DNA of 64,000 nucleotides, from positions 98,064 to 162,063 of the forward strand of contig CAZCYO010000001.1 in the NCBI GenBank assembly GCA_964503265.1. Direction: 5' to 3'. The stretch comes from an uncultured Gammaproteobacteria bacterium (lineage in GTDB: Bacteria > Patescibacteriota > Microgenomatia > Levybacterales > UBA12049). The notes beneath the pieces are model-generated. The model was not told where the DNA came from, searched no databases, and saw only the letters and a program-made list of their open reading frames with translations. Below, one piece after another: positions 1-9,984 of the stretch (positions within the stretch are counted from its first letter, which is position 1; the number at the start of each line of letters is the position of its first letter). A program made the position numbers and the translations under genes.

Positions 1-274
1 TAGTTACTTGATCTGAAGTAGCAGTTTTATTATCAGTGAAGAATCCTGGAGAGTAGAATTCTCTGAATTCCCAGTATTTTTGTGGATCTATTTTTTTATC
101 TTTTTGGACTTGGATTAGAAAATTATTCCAGAGCATTTGACGCTTAAAGGGGAAGAGAGAGCTTGCGATCTTAGGTACGAAAAGGAGAAATAATATGATA
201 ATAATGAGTGTCGTGACACCATAAAAGAGCAAGTTATTAGTATTCGTGCTCGATGTTCTTTCTTTTTCGCTCAT
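1..274 (-). CDS. Partial ORF running off the window start; only the N-terminus is present. Hypothetical protein with one hydrophobic segment.
   Basis: The reverse complement has an ATG at 274 and stays open for 91 codons to the window edge (MSEKERTSSTNTNNLLFYGVTTLIIIILFLLFVPK...). It is only about 21 bp from the divergent gene at 296, so it may not be real. Confidence 0.3.
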   Translation of the reverse strand, partial: MSEKERTSSTNTNNLLFYGVTTLIIIILFLLFVPKIASSLFPFKRQMLWNNFLIQVQKDKKIDPQKYWEFREFYSPGFFTDNKTATSDQVT

Positions 275-295
275 TCCTCTTATATAATAGCTATA

Positions 296-1984
296 ATGAT
301 GAAAATTATCAAAGGCGAGCTTTATGCGTACCTTCTTATTCTCCTTATCTCTCTTGTCTTCGTTTCAGATATTTTTCTAACCAATACACAATTCGCCAGC
401 TTCGATAGTCCTTTTCATATTACGAATATCGCACAGTTCTATAAAGTGATAGCATCAGGGGAATTCCCAGTTCGATGGATGGATGGGTTTGCCAATTATG
501 GACTACCTATTCCACTCGTTGCACACCAGTTGACGAGCTATCTGGGAGCTTTTATCACGTTTCTAACACTTAATCCACTCACATCGTATCATGTCCTTAT
601 TTTTATCGGCATATTTTTTTCAAATCTTTTTTATTACCAGTTTCTTCGCATCTATGTGAAATCTCAGTATGCTTTTTTAGGAACATTTCTTTTTAACTTT
701 ACGATTTATCGTATTATTAATATCTACGTGCGCGGAGCAATGCCTGAGGTATTCTCAAGTATTTTTCTGCCCCTTATACTCTTTTGTGTCTATCATACAT
801 TTGTCAAAAAAAGTGTCGCGGCGGCCGTAGGACTGGTCCTATCCTTCTTTCTTCTTGCACTGAATCATCCGATGATGCTGCTTATTTATTCTTTCATACT
901 ATTCCCTTATTTTCTTTATGTTCTTTTATGGGATATAGATGGGAAATTGCGAGGATTAATACTACCAAGTCTCGTTAAAAAAATACTTATCTTTGGTGTT
1001 CTTCTGATTATTGGAATTGGGATGGCTTCGTATTATATTATTCCTCTCAATTTGGAGATAAAGTATTTTTATTATGGTTTAACAAAGAATCATCTCACCC
1101 TTGGTAATTATTTATCGCTCAAAAATGCTGTACCATCTCTGCCTTACTTTACTGATCAGGATATTTTCCCTAGGGGACATACGATAGGTCTTGGGATTAT
1201 TGAAACGATAACACTCATCCTTGGGTTTTTCTACGCCGTATATAAGTTCTTGATTGAAAAGAAGAAAGAAGTATCGATTCTCGAGTTTTCAATCGGAGTA
1301 AGTATGATTGTGCTTTTTTTCATATCTCAATTTTCAACTATTTTCTATGAACACATTGCTATGTTAAGTAATATTCAATTTCAGTGGCGCATGTTGTCAG
1401 CGCTTACTTTTTTCCCGCCTCTTATTCTTGCATACTTGGTTAGTAAGCTTAAAAAAGACTATATTCTTCCAGTTATTATATTTCTTATTTGTATAATCGC
1501 ATTTCCACAACTTTACGGAAAGAATTACACGAAAAATCCACTGAGTAGTTATTACTTTACGACACATAATGTACATTCAATTATGATGAATACGATTTGG
1601 ACTGGTAAAACGGACGATTACCCTGTCGAAAAACAAAAAATAGGCACTATTTCAGGAATAGGCACACTTTCTAACATTGTCGTTATGAATGAAACACGCA
1701 GCTATACTGTCTCAGCCGAATCTCCAATGAGAATGGTTGACTACACGTTTTATTTTCCTGGTTGGACTGTTACAATCGATGGACAAAAATCATCTATCGA
1801 ATACCAAGATCCGGAGTATCGAGGTGTTATAACATACAATGTTCCAGCAGGGGAGCATACAGTTCGATTATGGTATGAAAATACAAAAGTCAGACAACTT
1901 GCGACGTATTTGTCATTCTTTTTTGGATTTATTTTTGTACTACTCATTGTCATGAGAAAGAAGTTATTACTTTTTATTTCATAA
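296..1984 (+). CDS. Large polytopic membrane protein, tandem paralog A. Candidate GT-C/YfhO-like glycosyltransferase with a periplasmic C-terminal domain and a final TM anchor.
   Basis: 562 aa with many hydrophobic helices. The C-terminal motif DYTFYFPGWTVTIDGQ...YRGVITYNVPAGEHTV and the N-terminal motif FPVRWMDGFANYGLP are shared with the next ORF. A last TM helix is present (LATYLSFFFGFIFVLLIV). Confidence 0.6.
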   Translation: MMKIIKGELYAYLLILLISLVFVSDIFLTNTQFASFDSPFHITNIAQFYKVIASGEFPVRWMDGFANYGLPIPLVAHQLTSYLGAFITFLTLNPLTSYHVLIFIGIFFSNLFYYQFLRIYVKSQYAFLGTFLFNFTIYRIINIYVRGAMPEVFSSIFLPLILFCVYHTFVKKSVAAAVGLVLSFFLLALNHPMMLLIYSFILFPYFLYVLLWDIDGKLRGLILPSLVKKILIFGVLLIIGIGMASYYIIPLNLEIKYFYYGLTKNHLTLGNYLSLKNAVPSLPYFTDQDIFPRGHTIGLGIIETITLILGFFYAVYKFLIEKKKEVSILEFSIGVSMIVLFFISQFSTIFYEHIAMLSNIQFQWRMLSALTFFPPLILAYLVSKLKKDYILPVIIFLICIIAFPQLYGKNYTKNPLSSYYFTTHNVHSIMMNTIWTGKTDDYPVEKQKIGTISGIGTLSNIVVMNETRSYTVSAESPMRMVDYTFYFPGWTVTIDGQKSSIEYQDPEYRGVITYNVPAGEHTVRLWYENTKVRQLATYLSFFFGFIFVLLIVMRKKLLLFIS

Positions 1985-1985
1985 T

Positions 1986-3680
1986 ATGAAAAAAATTCTT
2001 CGTGACGATTGGTTGAGTATTGGAGTAATTCTGCTTGTGTCTATTCTCTCAGTTTTCGATTTATTTATGGCAACTGGGCAGTCTGCCAATATGGATGGAA
2101 TAGTTCATATGATTACGCCAAACCTCTTTGCGCATTCTCTCCTTCAAGGAAATTTTCCTGTTACGTGGATTGATAATTTCGCCAATTATGGTCTGCCACT
2201 TGGGATTATTTCCCAGCAGTTTTCTACATACCTTACAGCACTTATTATTCTTCTTGTTCATAGTCCTGTCCTAGCTTTTAATATCACGCTTTTTATAGGC
2301 GTACTACTTTCAAATGTTTTTTATTATCTTTTTTTACGAATTTATTTTAAACCGATATATGCAATGGTCGGAGTATTTCTTTTTACGCTGGCGCCTTATC
2401 GAATACTTAATATGTATATCCGTGGTGCGATGCCAGAATTTTTTTCATCTGTTTTTATGCCACTTCTTCTTCTTTCTCTTTATCTACTTCTAGAAAAAAA
2501 GAAAATAACAGGATTTTTCTTACTCATATTTTCTGTGGCAGCGCTTATTTTAACCCACCCTTTTATGCTTGTAGTTAGTTCTTTTTTTCTTTTTCCATAT
2601 GTTTTATTTCTCCTCTATAAGAATAACCAGAATATAAAAAATATTTTTTTTGAAAAAAAAAATATTTTTTCGATACTACTTGTTGGAATCGGTTTGCTTA
2701 TCGGATTTGGAATTGCAGGATATTATTTCTTGCCTCTGAATAGAGAGATTAAATATTTTTATTATGGATTACATCCAAATCATTTAACTTCTGGCAACTA
2801 CCTAACGCTTCCTAATTTTATTGGACATGAATGGTTTTATTTTACGCCGGGAGATGTTCTGGCTCGCGGGTTCTCAATTAGTGTAGGAATACTTGAAACT
2901 ATTTCAGTATGTATAGCGTTACTGTATCTTTTATGGAAATGGAAAAAAAAAGAAGGGAGAGTTTTTACGCTTTTTGAATTTAGCATTTTGGTTTCTCTAT
3001 TCTATATCTTTTTTATTACCAAATTTTCAGATCCATTTTATCAACATATAAATCTTTTAAGTAATATCCAGTTTCCTTGGCGAATGCTGTCGGGATTTAT
3101 TATGATTCAACCTATTATGCTGCTGACTATGCTTGAAAAAATAAATAAAAAATGGGTTGTCTTACTAGTTATAACAGTACTTCTCATAATCCGTTTGCCT
3201 CAGCTTTATGGGAAAAACTACACGCTTTTCCTGCCTACCCATTATAATTTTAGTACCTATAATCTTCATGCGACGGTTATGAATCCTATTTGGTCAGGTA
3301 GAAGTGAAGATTATCCAGTTCAAACACAAAAAGGAGTGATTCTTGAAGGTCAGGGGAGTATAGAACCGTTAGTAATGAAAGATACAATTCATGAATATAA
3401 GGAAGATGCAAAAACGCCACTGCATGTTGTTGATTACACGTTTTATTTTCCAGGATGGAATCTCTATATTGATAACCAAAAGAGCCAAATAGAATATCAA
3501 GACCCAACATATAGGGGTGTTATTACGTACACTGTTCCACCGGGAAATCATGTGGTTGCTCTTCGATTTGAAGAAACTACTATTCGTAAGATAGGAAAGC
3601 TTGTTACGCTTGGTAGTCTGTTATTTCTGCTTTTCTTTCTCGTAATTAACCGAAGATTACAAAAACATCTTATATCGTAA
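1986..3680 (+). CDS. Large polytopic membrane protein, tandem paralog B of 296-1984.
   Basis: 564 aa, starting 1 nt after the previous stop. Conserved blocks are FPVTWIDNFANYGLP, REIKYFYYGL and DYTFYFPGWNLYIDNQKSQIEYQDPTYRGVITYTVPPGNHVV, followed by a C-terminal TM helix. Confidence 0.6.
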   Translation: MKKILRDDWLSIGVILLVSILSVFDLFMATGQSANMDGIVHMITPNLFAHSLLQGNFPVTWIDNFANYGLPLGIISQQFSTYLTALIILLVHSPVLAFNITLFIGVLLSNVFYYLFLRIYFKPIYAMVGVFLFTLAPYRILNMYIRGAMPEFFSSVFMPLLLLSLYLLLEKKKITGFFLLIFSVAALILTHPFMLVVSSFFLFPYVLFLLYKNNQNIKNIFFEKKNIFSILLVGIGLLIGFGIAGYYFLPLNREIKYFYYGLHPNHLTSGNYLTLPNFIGHEWFYFTPGDVLARGFSISVGILETISVCIALLYLLWKWKKKEGRVFTLFEFSILVSLFYIFFITKFSDPFYQHINLLSNIQFPWRMLSGFIMIQPIMLLTMLEKINKKWVVLLVITVLLIIRLPQLYGKNYTLFLPTHYNFSTYNLHATVMNPIWSGRSEDYPVQTQKGVILEGQGSIEPLVMKDTIHEYKEDAKTPLHVVDYTFYFPGWNLYIDNQKSQIEYQDPTYRGVITYTVPPGNHVVALRFEETTIRKIGKLVTLGSLLFLLFFLVINRRLQKHLIS

Positions 3681-3720
3681 CATGGCTTTCTTTTGTGATT
3701 ATTCTTCACTATACTTATAG

Positions 3721-4521
3721 ATGACTATGGCGTCAATTTCTCTTATTCTTTCAACCTTTAATGAAGAAAAAAACATTCGCTCATGTATTGAATCGGCGAA
3801 GGAAATCGTTGATGAAATTATTCTCGTTGATGGATCATCTACTGATCGTACCGTTGAGATAGCGAAAGAATATGGTGCAAAAGTTACTGTTACTAATAAT
3901 CCCCCAATATTTCTTATTAACAGACAGAAAGCAATGGACCAGGCGACTAAAGACTGGTTATTACAACTCGATGCAGATGAGCACGCGACTGCCGAATTAC
4001 TTAAAGAAATTAAGGAACATATAGATAGTGATAAAAGTCATGACTATAATGGCTATTACATACCACGCAAGAACTTTTTTCTTGGTAGGTTTCTGATGAA
4101 AGGGGGACAGTATCCCGATTATCAACTTCGTCTTTACAGGCGAGGTAAAGCGCATTTTTTACTTAAAGATGTGCATGAACAGGCGATAATTGATGGTAAG
4201 GTTGGACATTTGCATCATGCAATGCTGCACTATCCATATAAGGATTTCTCGTTTTATATTAAAAAATGGGAAAGATATAATAATGTTATAGCAACTCAAA
4301 TTGGAGAAGAATTAGAGAGTGCTTGGTTTGGGAAAAAACTATATGCGTCGTGTATGTATTTATTCATTCGTCCGATCATATGGTTTATTATGACGTATGG
4401 AAGACATAAAGGATTTGTAGATGGGTGGTCTGGGTTTGTTTTTTCATTTTACTCTGCGCTTCGATTTCCTGTTTCGTATCTTATTTATTTAGGAAATCAG
4501 AAAGATCATGGAAAAAAATAA
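3721..4521 (+). CDS. Family 2 glycosyltransferase (GT-A fold, KdtX/WaaE-like)
   Basis: N-terminal SLILSTFNEEKNI...ILVDGSSTDRT DxD region and a DAD motif. Confidence 0.75.
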   Translation: MTMASISLILSTFNEEKNIRSCIESAKEIVDEIILVDGSSTDRTVEIAKEYGAKVTVTNNPPIFLINRQKAMDQATKDWLLQLDADEHATAELLKEIKEHIDSDKSHDYNGYYIPRKNFFLGRFLMKGGQYPDYQLRLYRRGKAHFLLKDVHEQAIIDGKVGHLHHAMLHYPYKDFSFYIKKWERYNNVIATQIGEELESAWFGKKLYASCMYLFIRPIIWFIMTYGRHKGFVDGWSGFVFSFYSALRFPVSYLIYLGNQKDHGKK

Positions 4522-6049
4522 GGTAATTACTGCAATATTTATTCTTTTTGTATTTCTTGCTTCTTTTCTTCGTTTATATAGCGTTGTTTCAGTTCCGCCG
4601 GGTCTTTATATAGATGAGGCAGCAATTGGTGTCAATGCAGATAGTATTCTTCACACTGGAAAAGATGAATGGGGAGTACCACATCCTCTTTACTTCAAAT
4701 CTTTTGGAGATTATAAAATGCCACTATATATTTATGGGACTAGTATGTCTATGGCAGTATTTGGAAAAACAGAGTTTGCTATTCGCTTCCCTTCAATTCT
4801 TGCTGGTATTGGAACAGTAATAATTCTTTTCTTTTTAACACGTGATTTAATTTTATTCGATAGAGAAGAGAAAAACAAAAAACTTTTCTCCCTATTACCG
4901 TTATTAAGTATGTTTGTGCTTTCTATTATGCCCTGGCATATTCACTTTTCTCGAGGAGGATTTGAAGTCAACCTCGCATTATTCTTATATTTTCTCGCGA
5001 TTTGGCTTACTTTACGTTTCTTTTTATATAAAAAGGACTATCTTATTATATTCAGTATGCTTGGGTATGCTGCGAGTATTTATACCTATCATTCTTTTCG
5101 TGTAATTAGTCCTCTTACCGTTATGCTTCTTGTTGGAATACTTGTTACAAGACGGGTTCTTTTTACAAAAAAGATAATTGCAGCATTTTCGCTTTTTATC
5201 TTTATGTGTATTCCTGTATTTCTTTTTTCTTTTTCACCAGAAGGATCAGCACGACTTGCTCAAACATCTGCATTTACAGAATATCCTGTACATTCAATTA
5301 TCGAGAAAACATCTCTATACCCCTTAGTGTTTATAAAAAACTATCTTTCTTTTTTCTCATTAGATTTTCTCTTTAGCTTTGGGGACGGAAATGGAAGACA
5401 CCAAATTCCTAACTTTGGAGTGCTTGGGAGATGGCAATTACCATGTATTATTTTAGGAATAATAGCATTATTTAAAAAGAGAAAGTCCGTATTTATATTT
5501 ACTATTGTTACCCTTCTTGTCCTTGCTCCACTACCAGCTGCAATTACCCGCCCAAGTCCACATTCTCTTCGTTCACTGTTATTAGTTATTCCATATGCAC
5601 TGCTTACTGCTCTTGGTCTCTATAGTTTGCTGACGATAGAATATAAATTTAAGAAAATAATAGTCCTATTGAGCACTGTAATAATTTTATATGATTTTCT
5701 TTTTTATTGGCATTTTTATATGAATCATTATCCTAAAGTTAATTTACTCGATTGGGGTGCTGGGAATAAAGAGGTAGTTCTTAAATCAAAAGAACTGAGG
5801 AAAGCATATGACAGTATTATTATAGATAATAATCTCGTAAATACAGAGATTTATTTCAAATTTTATGATGATGGGAGAATACCACAATTTGTATCTGCTG
5901 ATTGGAAAAGAACGAGTGAATTAAAAAGTAAAAAAATTATTTATATTAGACCAAATTATGCGCAAGTTGATAAAACGGGCAGGGTTGATGTTGTGTATTT
6001 TCCAAATGCAAATCATGATGTATATGCAGAATTTTGGGAGGTAAAATGA
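4508..6049 (+). CDS. ArnT/PMT-family (GT83/GT39-like) polyprenyl-phosphate-sugar dependent GT-C glycosyltransferase
   Basis: 513 aa and polytopic. The first periplasmic loop reads GLYIDEAAIGVNADSIL...EWGVPHPLYFKSFGDYKMPLYIY, with the DE motif typical of ArnT and PMT_2 proteins. It overlaps the upstream gene by 14 nt. Confidence 0.7.
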   Translation: MEKNKVITAIFILFVFLASFLRLYSVVSVPPGLYIDEAAIGVNADSILHTGKDEWGVPHPLYFKSFGDYKMPLYIYGTSMSMAVFGKTEFAIRFPSILAGIGTVIILFFLTRDLILFDREEKNKKLFSLLPLLSMFVLSIMPWHIHFSRGGFEVNLALFLYFLAIWLTLRFFLYKKDYLIIFSMLGYAASIYTYHSFRVISPLTVMLLVGILVTRRVLFTKKIIAAFSLFIFMCIPVFLFSFSPEGSARLAQTSAFTEYPVHSIIEKTSLYPLVFIKNYLSFFSLDFLFSFGDGNGRHQIPNFGVLGRWQLPCIILGIIALFKKRKSVFIFTIVTLLVLAPLPAAITRPSPHSLRSLLLVIPYALLTALGLYSLLTIEYKFKKIIVLLSTVIILYDFLFYWHFYMNHYPKVNLLDWGAGNKEVVLKSKELRKAYDSIIIDNNLVNTEIYFKFYDDGRIPQFVSADWKRTSELKSKKIIYIRPNYAQVDKTGRVDVVYFPNANHDVYAEFWEVK

Positions 6050-6630
6050 AGGAAAAATTGTTAATTAGTATAGTTGCTATTATTGAATTTATAACTATTA
6101 AATCATGGCTAGTTTGCCATGATCTTAGAAGCATGATGGATATCTCATCAGTTAATACAAAGCTGCAGCTGGAGGATTATATTCACAACGATACAAACAC
6201 ATCGATGTTTGTTATTAGATTTTTTCATAATAAAATAAGCGGGTTAGCAATCAATATACTCGATAAATATTTAAAATTCTTGGATATTCGTTTTACGAGT
6301 AATGTATTCTCGCTAGTTGGAGTATTTGGCATAGTATTAGGATTATGGGAACTAGGGAATTATCGAATAAAAATGCTATATAAAATCATACTTTTTCTAC
6401 TACTGGTAGTATGGCCATTTCCATTTTCTTTAAATTTGTTTCACTTTGCATTTGAATATAAAATATTTATTTTTGTATTTCCTTACTATATTTTGTCACT
6501 TTTTGGGATATGGTGTTTTTTACAACGAAATAAAAAATATACTTTTTCAATAGTCATACTCCTTTCGTTACTCAGTATTTGGTGGCTTATATTACTTCCA
6601 AGAGAAATTGAGTATTTTTGTGTAAAATAG
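6034..6630 (+). CDS. Small 4-5 TM membrane protein, hypothetical. A GtrA-like flippase role is possible but unsupported.
   Basis: 198 aa and hydrophobic throughout, with start/stop overlap to ArnT-like 4508-6049. Confidence 0.5.
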   Translation: MGGKMKEKLLISIVAIIEFITIKSWLVCHDLRSMMDISSVNTKLQLEDYIHNDTNTSMFVIRFFHNKISGLAINILDKYLKFLDIRFTSNVFSLVGVFGIVLGLWELGNYRIKMLYKIILFLLLVVWPFPFSLNLFHFAFEYKIFIFVFPYYILSLFGIWCFLQRNKKYTFSIVILLSLLSIWWLILLPREIEYFCVK

Positions 6631-6662
6631 CATCGTAATAAATATTCTGATAGAATAAAACT

Positions 6663-7637
6663 ATGAAACTTCTTGTTACAGGTGGTGCAGGGTATATTGG
6701 CAGTGTTACCGTTGCAGAATTACAACGATTAGGTCATTCAGTGACTGTTTTCGATAATTTAGTCTATGGACATAAAAACGCAGTAAACTGCGAACTTATA
6801 GAAGGTGATCTATTAGATAAAGAATTTCTTGCTTCGAGTATAGGAGACTCAAAATTTGATGGTGTTATACATTTTGCTGCATATGCTTATGCAGGGGAGT
6901 CTATGCAAAATCCTTATAAATACTTTCATAATAACCTTCAAAGTGGATTAAATTTATTAGAAGTAATGCGAGAAAAAAAGATTCCTTCTATTATTTTTTC
7001 ATCAAGTTGTTCAATTTATGGTACTCCTGACACAATCCCAGTGAATGAATCAGAGTCGAAAAAACCTGAAAGCGTGTATGGTGAATCGAAATTAATGTTT
7101 GAAACAATTCTTTCTTGGTATCAAAAGATTCATGGTATTGAATTTATAAATTTACGTTATTTTAACGCATCAGGAGCAGCTCTTGATGGGAGTATCGGTG
7201 AAGATCATGATCCTGAAACCCATATAATTCCACTTGCTATAAAAGCCGCAATTGAGAAAAACCCTTTTACTGTTTTTGGTCATGATTATGATACTCCAGA
7301 TGGAACTGCAATACGTGATTATATTCACATATTAGATCTAGCATCTGCTCACATTTTAGCACTGGAAAAACTTAATTCAGACCATAAAAGTGATAGTTAT
7401 AATTTAGGGACTGGTAAAGGATATTCGAATTTAGAAATATTAAATAAAATTAAGGAAATTTCAGGAGAGGACTTCCCAATTGAATTTGGTGATCGACGCG
7501 CTGGTGATCCACCGATGGTCTATGCTGATAATACGAAATCGACTAACGAATTAGGTTGGAAGCCCCAATACTCTGATATTGAAACGATTGTTCGCAGTGC
7601 ATGGAAATGGCATACAAAACAAAAAAATAATGAGTAA
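6663..7637 (+). CDS. galE: UDP-glucose 4-epimerase
   Basis: MKLLVTGGAGYIGS Rossmann motif and a YGESK catalytic dyad. The blocks LRYFNASGA...GEDHDPETHIIP and TPDGTAIRDYIHILDLA match GalE along the full length. Confidence 0.9.
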   Translation: MKLLVTGGAGYIGSVTVAELQRLGHSVTVFDNLVYGHKNAVNCELIEGDLLDKEFLASSIGDSKFDGVIHFAAYAYAGESMQNPYKYFHNNLQSGLNLLEVMREKKIPSIIFSSSCSIYGTPDTIPVNESESKKPESVYGESKLMFETILSWYQKIHGIEFINLRYFNASGAALDGSIGEDHDPETHIIPLAIKAAIEKNPFTVFGHDYDTPDGTAIRDYIHILDLASAHILALEKLNSDHKSDSYNLGTGKGYSNLEILNKIKEISGEDFPIEFGDRRAGDPPMVYADNTKSTNELGWKPQYSDIETIVRSAWKWHTKQKNNE

Positions 7638-7691
7638 GCCAACATATCTACATTATGCGTATCGTTTATATTCCACTTCAGTATTCAGATT

Positions 7692-8738
7692 ATGAATATT
7701 TCTATTGATATATCTCCACTTGTGTCAGAGCATAGCGTGCGAGGCGTAGGGTTCTATTTGAAGCGATTAAAAGATGCTCTTGAAATACGTACTGATAAGA
7801 ACCATTACGTTTTTTTTACAGACCATCGTAGTATTCCATTAAATACTAATGTTATACACTTCCCATATTTTGATCCTTATTTTATAACGTTGCCGTTCGT
7901 TAAAAAATATAAAACAATTATTACTATCCATGATCTTATACCTCGTATTTTCCCTGCTGAATTCCCAGCAGGAGTACGTGGAAACCTCAAGTGGCAAGTT
8001 CAAAAAAGATTGGCAAAAAAAGCAGATGCAATTATCACTGACTCAGAAGCATCAAAGAAAGATATTATAAATATTTTGCATATACCAAGTCATAAAATTC
8101 ATGTTATATATCTTGCTGCTGCCGAAGAATTTCAAAAAATAAAAAATAAAGAGGTGCTTAGTAAAATAAAGACGAAATATAAACTACCTGAAAAGTTTTT
8201 ACTCTACGTTGGCGATGTGACGTGGAATAAAAATCTAATTCGATTAATTTCTGCAATAAAAAAAACAGATGTACCACTGGTTATGGTTGGGAAATCATTA
8301 GCTTCTACAAATTTTGATGTAACAAATCCCTGGAATAACGACTTGATTGCAGTTCAAAAAATGACAAAGAATAATCCACAATTTATGGTTCTCGGGTTTG
8401 TTCCAACTGAAGAATTGGTCTGTTTGTATAATATAGCCGATGCTTTTATTATGCCTTCTCTTTATGAAGGCTTTGGCCTACCAATTCTTGAAGCAATGCA
8501 GAGTGGAACTCCCGTTATTACCAGCTCAGAAGGTTCACTTCCTGAAATTGCAGGAGATGCTGCATATATGATTGATGCATATAGTGAAGAATCGATTATA
8601 AATGGAATAAATACTGTGTTATCTGACAAACAACTACGAATGGCAATGAGTGAAAAAGGGCTTATACAAGCAGGAAAATTTAATTGGAATACTACTGCAA
8701 TGCAGACTATTAAAGTATATGAAAACGTTAATCACTAA
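7692..8738 (+). CDS. Family 4 (GT-B) glycosyltransferase
   Basis: The C-terminal EGFGLPILEAMQSGTPVITS motif (EX7E region). The N-terminal MNISIDISPL block is shared with the paralogs at 29807, 30346 and 39555. Confidence 0.8.
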   Translation: MNISIDISPLVSEHSVRGVGFYLKRLKDALEIRTDKNHYVFFTDHRSIPLNTNVIHFPYFDPYFITLPFVKKYKTIITIHDLIPRIFPAEFPAGVRGNLKWQVQKRLAKKADAIITDSEASKKDIINILHIPSHKIHVIYLAAAEEFQKIKNKEVLSKIKTKYKLPEKFLLYVGDVTWNKNLIRLISAIKKTDVPLVMVGKSLASTNFDVTNPWNNDLIAVQKMTKNNPQFMVLGFVPTEELVCLYNIADAFIMPSLYEGFGLPILEAMQSGTPVITSSEGSLPEIAGDAAYMIDAYSEESIINGINTVLSDKQLRMAMSEKGLIQAGKFNWNTTAMQTIKVYENVNH

Positions 8739-9984
8739 ACTCTTCAACAATCCACTTATTTCTGGAAGTAGCATATTATTTATAGGATCTCTTTCAGGTA
8801 ATTTTTTTCATTTTCTTTTTAACTTATTTATGAGCCGTAATTTATCTGTTGTAGATTATGGTGTTTTAGCGAGTATTATGTCTCTTATTACCCTTCCAAG
8901 CCTTCTCTATAGTGCTATTACTCCAACTGTAGTAAGTTTTGCAGCAATGTACTTTGCTAATAACCAACTTGGTCATGTTCATGGATTATTTATAAAAATA
9001 AACAGGGTAGCTATAAGCATTGGGTTATCTTTTTTATTGATATTTACTCTTTTTTCTACACAAATAGGTGCTTTTCTTCATATTAAAAATTCCCCACTGC
9101 TTATTATTACTGGGGGATTACTTGTATTGATTGGATTTCTATCTGTCGTTACTGCATCATTTATTCAAGCTAAATTGTCATTCCTATTTTTATCTATTGT
9201 TAACTTTCTCCTTGGTTTTCTGAAATTTATCTTTGGCGTATTATTTCTTTTTTGGGGATTTGGCATTCAAGGCGCTCTCTCTGCAGTTGCTTTATCAGCA
9301 TTAGTAACGTATCTTATGAGTTTTTATCCAATGAAATTCATTTTTCAAAAACGAATAGATATTCCACATGTTCAATATAATGAAATAATAAGGTTCGCTA
9401 TTCCAGCGACATGTTCGTTAGTAAGTATTACTTGTTTTATTACAATAGATATTCTTTTAGCTAAACATTTTCTCAGTGCGAAAGATGCTGGTTTATACGC
9501 AGGACTTGCCTTAGCTGGAAAAGTTATTTTCTTTTTTTCGGCACCAATTGGAATGGCAATGTTTCCACTTATCGTTCAGAAAAAAGCTAAAAACGAGAAT
9601 TATCAAGCAATTTTCTTGCTTTCTCTTTTACTAGTTCTAATTCCATCACTTTCTATAAGTTTATTCTATTATCTTTTTCCACATTTTTCTATTCTGTTTT
9701 TTCTTAAAAAAACTGAATACCTGCAAATAGCTAATTTTTTATGGATTTATGGAATTTACATGACAGTATATTCACTTCTTTCTGTTATGACAAACTATTT
9801 TCTTTCTATACGAAAAACGAAAATTTTTCTTCCCCTTGCTGTTGGAGCATGTGCACAGTCATTATTAATCTGGTTTTTCCATAATAGCTTTTTACAAATT
9901 ATTACTATATCATTTATAATAGTATGTTTACTTGTAATCATATTATTAGGATACTTTTTTAAACTATATGCAGAAGAGCGATAA
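8719..9984 (+). CDS. Wzx-like oligosaccharide flippase / polysaccharide biosynthesis protein (MOP superfamily)
   Basis: About 12 TM helices. The N-terminus reads MKTLITKLFNNPLISGSSILFIGSLSGNFFHFLFNLFMSRNLSVVDYG. I moved the start to the ATG at 8719, in frame with the track ORF that begins at 8650. Confidence 0.6.
   Translation: MKTLITKLFNNPLISGSSILFIGSLSGNFFHFLFNLFMSRNLSVVDYGVLASIMSLITLPSLLYSAITPTVVSFAAMYFANNQLGHVHGLFIKINRVAISIGLSFLLIFTLFSTQIGAFLHIKNSPLLIITGGLLVLIGFLSVVTASFIQAKLSFLFLSIVNFLLGFLKFIFGVLFLFWGFGIQGALSAVALSALVTYLMSFYPMKFIFQKRIDIPHVQYNEIIRFAIPATCSLVSITCFITIDILLAKHFLSAKDAGLYAGLALAGKVIFFFSAPIGMAMFPLIVQKKAKNENYQAIFLLSLLLVLIPSLSISLFYYLFPHFSILFFLKKTEYLQIANFLWIYGIYMTVYSLLSVMTNYFLSIRKTKIFLPLAVGACAQSLLIWFFHNSFLQIITISFIIVCLLVIILLGYFFKLYAEER

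Noticed and set aside
784-978. Numerous short track ORFs of 60-220 aa nested inside or antisense to long CDSs. Examples are 784-978, 2061-2261, 18787-19125, 21125-21784, 46537-46977 and 55564-56088.
   Set aside because: They are embedded in well-supported longer genes, show no family signatures, and have the composition of frame-shifted AT-rich sequence.
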